Source of the DNA: Rhizodiscina lignyota
Lineage: Eukaryota
DNA: 64,000 nucleotides
Direction of reading: 5' to 3'
NCBI GenBank assembly: GCA_010015805.1
Contig: ML978128.1
Location: 1,798,001 to 1,862,000 of the forward strand
Position numbers and translations under genes: made by a program. Below the pieces are notes generated by a model that worked only from the letters and a program-made list of their open reading frames with translations, had not been told where the DNA came from and made no database searches. Positions 55,158 to 64,000 of the stretch are shown here, piece after piece. The stretch's first letter is position 1. The number at the start of each line of letters is the position of its first letter.

Positions 55158-55166
55158 TCCACCAAT
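55158..55166 (+). promoter_or_regulatory. Galacturonic-acid response element (GARE, TCCNCCAAT; GaaR site)
   Basis: An exact TCCACCAAT lies ~300 bp upstream of the GH28 start codon. CreA-type GCGGAG sites occur at 55172 and 55243. Confidence 0.6.
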
Positions 55167-55463
55167 GAAACGCGGAGCGTCCCTGGTCTGGCGATCTCCC
55201 CGCCAGAAGGCATGGGGAGCTTGTCGAACGTGAACATATTTTGCGGAGAGCCATGTGGTATACACACAGATCTGGTATATGAATTTTCCCGGTTACCTGG
55301 GTTTTCTTGGAGATTTGCTCCTCGATCTATCCGAATTGGCTAATCGCCACGGCTCTGATGCCACCGGAAGCATAATTTATATCAACCGACTACTCAGCCA
55401 AGTTTCTGATATCTCCTCCCTCCCTCCATCCCTTAGTCTATCTCTGTTGCTGTCTCTACGATC

Positions 55464-56927
55464 ATGTTCAGTTCCATATCCAATCTTCTGCTCCCCTGTG
55501 TTCTTAGCAGTCTCTTCGTGATACTTGTGAGCTCAACCTCTCCGCCATCATATAGTAAGAGCTGCGTGATACCGTCAAAGTACAGCTCCTCGAATGGCAC
55601 TGCGGACGATTCATCGGCCATTGCTACTGCGTTTGCGGAGTGCTCGACAGATGCTGTAATCACATTTTCCGAAGGCGTCAACTATAATGTGTACCAGCCC
55701 ATCTCAGCCAAGAATCTCTCCAACGTTGTAATCGAAATATATGGCAACCTTCATTTGCCACAGAATATCTCCGTTGTTCAGACATATGTGAACGCGACGA
55801 GCACCGGGACTCTATACTGGTTGACTTTCTGGGGTCCGTCGATTAACTTCGTCGGAACTGCGAACATCTCTAACGGATGGATTAATTCATATGGCCAGGG
55901 CTGGTGGGACGCCAACGCCGTCAATGGAACCGGGACGGCTGCGCGCCCTCACTTGCTCAGTTTCAATACCACAAATGGCTCTATGCAGCACTACAAATCG
56001 CGGAAACCCATTGCATGGAACGTGCAATTGATTGGCGAGAACATTACGGTCACTGATACGTTCATCGACGCTTATTCCGTATCCGGTAGTTTCCCGTTCA
56101 ACACCGATGGCTTTGGTGGGTCCAAATCGATCTGACTAGATGTCAGCGGTGCGACTAACCTTCTCTCAAATAGATGTTACAGGGACAAACATCAACATCT
56201 TTAATAGCATCATCTATAACGGGGATGATGCAATCGCTGTCCAATCTGGCTCTCATGGAGTCCTCTTTCAAGGTGGTACGATCGGCTACCAGACCCACGG
56301 CATGAGCATCGGCTCTCTCGGTCAAAACCAAGCTTCATTCGCGAACGTTACCGATATTCATTTCGATGATATTACAGTTGTCAACGGTGTTTATGCGTCG
56401 TTTGTCTCCCTAAATAGCTTTTTCGAGGGCGACTTACTAACCACGATCGTAGGCGCTTCAAGTCATGGGAAGGTGGACAGGGTCTGGCAAAGAACGTCAC
56501 TTGGTCCAACATCCGCGCTTACAACGTAACATTTCCGATCTTCGTTACGCAGACGTATCTCAATCAAGGTTCAAACCAAACGCAGCTCGAGAATGGCGCT
56601 ACTTCGGGTCGGCCGAACAACGCGACCGTCAACATGGAGGATTTCACCTGGGCGAACTTCACAGGCACAATCAACACGTTCATGCCAGGCGATGGATCTT
56701 GTGTGAGTGATCCTTGCTGGTATAACGTGGGATTGCCAAATTTGCAGCATACAGAAGCCATAATCATCGAGTGCAACACCAACGTGTCCTGCAAGAGCTT
56801 TGTGTTGGAAAATATAGAGCTGATCCCGCAGAGCTTGGATGCACCCACGATGGTTTGTATTAATGCAACATCATCATTGAACCCAGGCTTGGGGGTTGAC
56901 TGTGTTAATGGGACGTATACCTCATAG
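55464..56927 (+). CDS. Secreted glycoside hydrolase family 28 (exo-acting pectinase type)
   Basis: Has a signal peptide and the GH28 motifs [25 protein letters not shown] and RFKSW. Introns: 56116-56173 and 56400-56452. Confidence 0.92.
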
Positions 56928-57046
56928 AGTACAGAGCAGAAATCCAAAAGCAGCTGTCGATATCAATATCCTTCCGACCATTAAAGATGTCATTCATCAG
57001 ACATCTACTCCACTGCACCGATCGACGAATAACCCATCCCGCGAGA

Positions 57047-58321
57047 TCAAGCCCGACCGATTCTGAACAGAACATTCATACGTTCAGGGTGTCCAGGAGT
57101 AGCGAAGACCTTGATCCCCCGAACTGCTTTCTTGCCCAGGGCATCCTTGTGTTGCGCAAGAAGCCATCCAACGCCGCCTCCGTTTGGAGAGCCGAGCAAT
57201 GCTTGCCCTTCTTGCGTTGATGGGGATATCTCCTTTGCCTTGGCCCACTCCTCGGGGAGTCCATCGCCGCCAATGACTTTCTCTGCAATCCAAACAGATT
57301 CTGGGTTGTCGACGTCCATGTGCAGGATATTCGAGAGCCCGGCCACTCGCGATCCAGCAACGTGGGCCCACTCGAGGAATGTAATGTCCGACCAATGCTT
57401 CATATCTGGAACGGCTGCACCATGTGGAGCCCTTCCCTCCTTGACCATATATTCAGGGCTGCGTGCCTCCGTTACGATAATAACCCCGTTCAAAGCATCG
57501 TATTCGGCGTTATAATAAGCATTGGTGCCTTCGTGCTAATCGTTGGTGAGCATCACTTCCATCTAGATTGTGCGAAAAGCCACAGGACTTACCTCCCATT
57601 CATCGGTCATTCCAAGATGCAGAGTAGCAATTGATTGCAAGCGGGTGAGATCTACGCCGATGGCCTTCAAGGCATCCCCGCCCACTTCTCTCTTCAGAGT
57701 CTCCGGGTCGGTCTTTGCCTCGTCCTCAGTAACCCAGCCATTCTTGTCTAGGTCATTGTACGAAGTGTATTGAGAGTCCAGTGGAGAATTCACTTTCCAA
57801 GCATCCAAGAGCTTGCGCGCGTCTTCCTTCGATTCTTTCGCGACGCATTGTAGTGCAGCTCCTTTTTCAAAGGACGCAGTCCAGAGCTGGTCCTTTTTCT
57901 CCTCAGTCCAATTCTGGATTTGATCGGCACTGTCCTCACTGGGCTCGTCGTCACCACTGCCAGTGGCATCATCGTCGTCGTCGACGATATCCATGCCGTC
58001 GCTGTCGCCGTTATCATCGTCACCCTCACCCATCTCAACATCTGATGGCTCGGCTCTCTTGTTCACGGGCGCCTTAACACTTGTGCCGATCGTGATGTGC
58101 GAAGTGTTTGCGTTCTGATTCGATTCATGTCTCTTACGGTTTTCGTCGTCGCGATTGATTCCACGAAGCAGAGTGTTCCCAAGAATGCCGCCGTTACCAG
58201 GGGGATACTCGACCGATGAACTGGCAACATTGGCAGTGCGGAAGCTTAGTAGCGAGATCAAAATAAAGAGAAGGAGGAGACAGCAGAGCAGGACGTTGCG
58301 GCTATGCAGAAGTTGAGACAT
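57047..58321 (-). CDS. Secreted or membrane-anchored protein of unknown function (WSD..FL.W / ALLGSPNG..QHK type)
   Basis: The N-terminal hydrophobic segment VLLCCLLLLFILISLLSF is followed by a KR site and an acidic linker. Intron 57592-57536 joins the two ORFs in frame (DEWE|HEGTNAYY). C-terminal motifs are HWSDITFLEW and ALLGSPNGGGVGWLLAQHKDALG. Confidence 0.82.
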
Positions 58322-58728
58322 GGTGGTTCTTCGAAACGTCCCTCGCTTCTGGTAGACAATAAAGACACCCATGACGAGATGGAGATGGTTTAGAAATGGA
58401 TAGAAATTAGTAACGTGATTGTTGCTATATAACTCCAATTAGGCCTATGACTGAGCTCCCGGGTTGTCGTGGATGTCGTCATTGTAGGGACTTCGTGATG
58501 TTCTCGAATGCGCAAACAACCGCGGACCCTAGTAGTGTGCGCGATGTAGTCTGATATGACATATTTGGACAGAGGTTGAGCGAGGAGCTCCGCGGAGAAT
58601 TCTAGATTACAAGCCTCTAACGGCTGAGGATGATGATGCATCACTATGGGTATAACGCTATGCAGAAAGGCGGACAGGGCCAGTCGCGTGCAGCTACTTG
58701 GGCTCTGAGTCGTTGCGACAGTTTCAGG

Positions 58729-59670
58729 CTACCATCGTTCATAGTCGGGGAAATAAGCGTTGTGGATTCGTCCCGCGTAATCCATCACAGCCGGAAGATT
58801 ACGAACAAATCGTGCCGACTCCGGGCCACTGCGTTGGCAGATGTCAGTAAACTGGAACTCCGGAACGTTGACAAGTTCATCTTCCACTCACCTTGTGGCG
58901 ACCAAAGCAGAGTTGATAAAGCCAAAAACAGTTGTATCGCACTCCGTCGGACGCTCCCCTCCGAGACACCAGAAGCAAGAATCATCATCATTGCCATCGT
59001 GGAGCTGAGCCTTTTTCCTCCGGCTCTCTTCCAGTAATCCGTTGAGCGTTGACCAGATCTCTTCGCGAAATTTCCGCGCTTCTTCAGCGGTGAATCGTCC
59101 AGTCCCCTGACCGTGCAACGTTTGGGTATGACTCCGGTAGATCAACTGTCCTATTAGAACACGGAAAGGATATGAGAATGCTTCAAGAGCTTTGTCACGC
59201 TGGACGTAGAAGTTGTCCATGTCCATCCAACGTTCGCGCATCTGTTTGTTCTCATCAGCAACCTGAGAAATCTGGAGGCTCTCGAATGACTACACTGAAA
59301 ATGTGAAATAAACACATACACTGAAGAAGTATAAACGATCCTCCATTAAAGCTCGCATCGCCAGGTCTTGAGCTTTGGAAGTTGGCGTGAGAGTAGCATT
59401 CAAGTCGTCGATGAGTCCGCGTTCTTCGAAATGCTTGGCAATCAGACCAGAGTCTCCCACTGCTGCCTTTTGATCTCCTTCGGTGACCTCCACATACGGA
59501 ATCTTTCCCGTTGGTGCCGTTCGTGGTGAACCGCCAGCTGTCTGATATGGAAGATTCGATAGACGGAGTCGCAACTCGAGTTTCGTCACGAACGGCGACC
59601 AAACGTAATAACCTCTGCCAGTCCAGCCCCTGAACAGAGTAACCTGAACGGATTTGTGAGACTTTGACAT
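58729..59670 (-). CDS. Failed-axon-connections (FAX)/metaxin-like GST-fold protein
   Basis: Contains WSPFVTKLELRLRL, APTGKIPYV, DSGLI, EDRLYF..RERW, GGERPTECDTTVFGFI and the end YAGRIHNAYFPDYERW*. Introns: 59319-59242 and 58891-58829. Confidence 0.9.
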
Positions 59671-59967
59671 TACGAGAATTGTACAAATCCCCTGAGATAA
59701 TAAGAGGTGAAGTTCAATAATTCAGCGAAGAACTGTGGAATGCCTTTCCAAACGATCAAGAAACAGTTCCCTGGGAAATGATGTGTGCTTTTTCAGCCAC
59801 CCACGATATGATGTCTCGTCCAAAGATATGAGCCACCATAAGACATTTAAGTGGCGGGAGTACGAGTACTTATATTGCGAAGATGTTTGGAGCTTGATTA
59901 AACTTTCACGCTTCGGGGCTTCTTTCACGCAGAAAATGGGAGGAGGCGGCCTTTGTATCGTGTCGCT

Positions 59968-60016
59968 ACGGGGCCCTGCTGAATCTCACGGGGCCTCTGC
60001 TAAATCTCTCGGGGCC
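59968..60016. repeat. 20/21-bp tandem repeat with three CGGGGCC cores in the FAX-like/GGT intergenic region
   Basis: acggggccctgctgaatctc acggggcctctgctaaatctc tcggggcc. Confidence 0.75.
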
Positions 60017-61175
60017 GACGAAAAAAGGCCGTGTCGCGTGGAGAAATCTCCGAAGTCAGGCCGGCTTGGGAAGAACTGCGTGGCGCCTTGGCGACAGGTC
60101 AGTGAAGTATGATTCGATAGTTTCGACTCTCGAGAATTGAAATTATAGTATTGTTTACTTTCAGCAACGTTGCGAGTCCATTGAATTGCAAATTTGTGTC
60201 TAGCTCTTGAGGTTAAAGTAGTTCATCTTAAGAGCGAGTTGTGAGTTTGGCCTTTTGAAAATTCTAGTAGGAGGACTGTCCTCTACATGAAGACTATACC
60301 ATCGCTCGAAAGGGATGATTGGGGGTACTGCTTCGATGCGCGAGCACTCCTGCCTCAAGTACCGATTCATAAGGTATCGAAGTTAAAGAATAGAGTTGTG
60401 ATGTTTCGGGCGCACCCGCCTCGGCCGCGTAGTTAGGTAGGCGTTCGCGTCCTGACCCTTGCTCGTGAGATAGTCCTATCAGGGCAAGAGCGGTTCGTGG
60501 GTGGCAGAAAAGTCGCGCCGTCGTTTCGACAGATCGAACGACCGATAAAATGCGACAGCTTCTTCAATTTCTCCGTATAAATGCCTTAAGATTAGACGAG
60601 ATCAACAAGAATCAGCGGAGGTATAGTGGACTAAGCTTTCAATGCTGCTCTCGCTTGGGTTGAAGAGAAAAAATCATTCAAGCTGCACCGTATCGACCTT
60701 CATGGGCCTCGAGTATTTTGTCCCCTCGAACGGGTCAGAACCTTATTCTCACATTCGCTGCTTCCCCAATCACCCTTCCTCCCTGATCATGAAGCAGGCT
60801 GTTACGCGATGAAAGCTGTGTCACCATGAATTCGCGGCGTCGTTCGCCAAATGCTGCTCAGTTAGCCTCTGCCTGCAGGCTGGAGATATCGTCACGGCAC
60901 TATCTGCCGCGACCACTTCCACCTGCCATGCTGGGCGTACCGTCGATCTCCGCTGCGGGAATCCTGTGCGGAGATGCCCCCAGCCCAATCAAACACTTCC
61001 AGCATTGAACGATAGAAGTTAGTTCTGCAAGCACGCGATATGTAGGCAGGTAGGTGTAAGTGGGTCAAGTGCGGAATACAAGGTCGAGGATTTCAATGAC
61101 GTGCTGCCAATTGACTCTCGATCTACCTCCTCCAAGCTTTCTCGAACTCCTCTCCTTTCCCTACCACCTATCGTC

Positions 61176-63007
61176 ATGCTTGGCGTACTTCGAGCTGTTG
61201 CAGGCTTGGCCCTTCTAGGGCAAGCTTTCTCTAATCCCTTGGGAACTCACCCAGAACTCATTCAGCGGAATGCCCCTGGTTGCAAGGGTGCCGTTGCGAG
61301 CGAAAGCAGCATCTGCAGTGACATAGGAATCGACCTTTACAAGGCTGGTGGTAATGCTGCCGATGTTCTTGTTGGGACGGTGTTCTGTATTGGGGTTGTG
61401 GGGATGTATCACTCCGGTGAGTTAATCCTGTAGTGCAAACATGAATTTTAGAACTGTGTTAATTTGTTCACCGAAATACAGGAATTGGAGGTGGAGGATT
61501 CATGCTCGTTCGAGCTCCGAATGGAACGTATCAGTTTATCGACTTCCGCGAAACAGCTCCTGCCGCAGCGTATCAGGACATGTATGACAACAACACCGAT
61601 CTCAGTCTGCACGGTGGCCTTGCCAGGTAAATTCGAACCCATGGAGTCATATTTAAGCTAACAATTAGCAGTGGAGTCCCTGGCGAGCTTCGAGGGTTGC
61701 AATACCTTCATGAGCATTACGGTGCTCTGCCCTGGAAGGATGTTATGCAAGGCGCTATCCGTACCGCTCGCTATGGCTGGAACGTTACCCATGATTTGGT
61801 CGCTTACATGGCGTCTGCCAATGCAAGTGCTCCCGTACCAAATTTCCTGTGTGCTGAACCAAGCTGGGCCATCGATTTCTGTCCGAATGGCACACTCAAA
61901 GGTCTCGGGGATGTGATCACGCGCAAAAGATATGCAGACACGCTTGAAACGATTGCGAACGAAGGCCCCGATGCTTTTTATACTGGTGCTATCGCAGAAA
62001 CCACCATTGCAGCGTTAAAGACCCAGAATGGAACTATGACGCTGAAGGATTTGGCGAACTACACTGTTGCCCTACGTGAGCCATATAACATTAGTTATCA
62101 TGATGACTATGTTATCCATGGAGGTAGCACACCTAGTTCAGGCGCGATAGTTCTCGCAGCCTTGAATACCGTTTCCGGTTACAGCGACTTCTTTACTACC
62201 GATTCGGTGAACCTCAGTACGCACCGACTTGACGAAGCTATTCGATTTGCTTACGGCGCTCGCACCGATCTCGGCGATCCTTCATTTGTTGCCAACATTT
62301 CAAGATATGAACAAGAACTCCTCCTACCACAGACGGGCGCTGAAATCAGATCTAAAATATCGGATTTCCATACATTCAATGTGTCCTACTATGACCCAGC
62401 TGGCATTCAATCGCTCAACACGCCTGGAACTTCTGCGGTTACAACTGCGGACGCGGAGGGATTGGCCATATCTCTGACCACTACGGTCAATCTGCTCTTC
62501 GGCTCTAACCTTATCGTTCCCGAAACCGGCGTGATCATGAACAACGAAATGAACGATTTTTCGATCCCAGGATCATCGAACGCGTTCGGATTCATACCAT
62601 CTCCGAGCAATTACATCAAGCCAGGCAAGAGACCACTGTCATCGATATCGCCCACAATCGTTGAGTTCGCCAACGGAACGCTATACTTCGTCGTCGGCGC
62701 TGCAGGTGGATCGCACATCATCACGGCCAACATCCAGAATATTATACACGTGGTTGACCAGAATATGACGGCGCCTGAGGCGCTGGCGGAGCCTCGCTTC
62801 CATGACCAGCTTGTTCCGAACCTGGCTATGTTCGAGTATGCGTACAACAACGAGACAGTCGCGTACATGAAATCGCTCGGCCACAATGTGACGTGGATGA
62901 CCCCATTCGGAACTAGTTCGGCGCAGTGCATTCGGCGCCATCCCAATGGGACGTTTGAAGCGGCTGGCGAGCCTCGACAAATTAATTCTGGAGGCTATGC
63001 TATCTAG
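61176..63007 (+). CDS. Gamma-glutamyltranspeptidase with a signal peptide
   Basis: Contains GAVASESSICS, GGNAAD, HSGIGGGGFML, DFRETAP, GVPGE, GTSA (nucleophile Thr), TTTVNLLFGS, NEMNDFS and PGKRPLSS. Introns: 61417-61481 and 61627-61671. Confidence 0.95.
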
Positions 63008-64000
63008 ATCAGTTGACGGATTCTGCTCGCGTTTGATCGCGCTGTACATAGCCTCTACCGCGTATCGGAGAGACCAGGGCTTGCTGCTCGACACCTGCAT
63101 GCAGGCCATATGAAGACAAACACGTCGAAAATAAGCCTTTACATTGTGCCCACTTGACGCTTTCAGTTTCCTTCCTCCGTGTACCAAACGCCAATTTTCC
63201 AACGGGCGAAGGCCAGGCCAGTCGAGCGCGGCATCCTTCGACTCCCTTGCTCCCCCGCATTTCTCCACGATTAAATTACCACACTGCCTAAAATTGTATT
63301 TACGTGATAAATATTGCCGAGCCTGTAGCTGAAGGAGTACATACTTGGCATCGGAAACGTGATCCAATCGGCAAGCCGAATCTCTTCATACCAAGCTTTG
63401 GGGGCCACGATCGCCCACGATGTTCACGAGTCGGCATCCCGGATGAGGCTATTTTGAGCGCAGGACAGCATCAGTGGGTGCCTTCCCGAGTGAGATCACC
63501 CCGTGTTCTGGAGTTGAAGGGCGGTATGGTCGCACATTCGATGAAGCGTGATTTGCTTTGCTATATTGATGCTTTGTTGGATCCTCTCTAACTCCGTGAG
63601 ACTGTATGCTGCTAAATATGGCCTTCACAAACACGCTTCATCTTCTGCATCTCTAGTATAAATGTGCTGGAAGAGGCTGGAGTTCAGCAAAATTCTTCAT
63701 GATTTAAGCTATTCGTCAGACAAGATTTTAACTACAACGCTTTTGAGAAAGCTCCACATTGTTGAGATTCACTACAAATTGCGAACACCTCAGACATGTA
63801 CCTCTCCAACTTCGTACTCTTTGCTTCGCTCAGCTTCGTTGGTGCATGGGAGGCAGGATTTTGGTCAACAGATGGCCGCAATATCCAAGCTCATGGCAAC
63901 TCTGAAGGCATTTTGGCCAAATGCATCAACCTGAAGACGCCGCTGCCGCTTGGCCAGGTAAGACCTCATCGCTGGCGACAAGATTGCCCTCACACTGATG

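Noticed and set aside
61666..61671. TAGCAG tandem acceptor in GGT intron 2
   Set aside because: It would only add one Ser; this is common and there is no sign of function.
62681..63700. 228-aa minus-strand ORF overlapping the GGT 3' end, faintly BTB-helix-like (YLSRKYNF)
   Set aside because: It has no ATG start, half of it is antisense to GGT, and the similarity is too weak to support without a search.

Overview
Gene-dense, intron-containing genomic DNA from a filamentous ascomycete (Pezizomycotina). Short GT-AG introns with CTRAY branch points are the evidence; Dothideomycetes is only my guess. I support 22 intact protein-coding genes: Atg11 (5'-truncated), Sec4/Rab8, a Myb-like/RG-rich hypothetical protein, a Baeyer-Villiger monooxygenase, an ABC1/UbiB kinase, an APH-type phosphotransferase, a large membrane-anchored hypothetical protein, an F-box protein, Arp9, Nte1, a BTB protein, guanine deaminase, PRMT1, eL13, a cupredoxin membrane protein, a Pho80/PREG cyclin, ARMC8/Vid28, a DHA1 MFS transporter, a GH28 enzyme, a secreted unknown protein, a FAX/metaxin-like GST-fold protein and a gamma-glutamyltranspeptidase. 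There are also at least two gene relics. I found no convincing tRNA, rRNA, CRISPR array or transposon. The most unusual signals are at the RNA-processing level. (1) The 180-nt guanine deaminase intron holds a stop-generating proximal 3' splice site followed by mutually exclusive hairpins, making it a candidate splicing switch. (2) PRMT1 has two back-to-back intron units with a zero-length exon, making it a candidate for recursive splicing. (3) An alternative Atg11 terminal exon adds a WxxL (AIM-like) motif. All exon structures were inferred by eye, and no database search was run.
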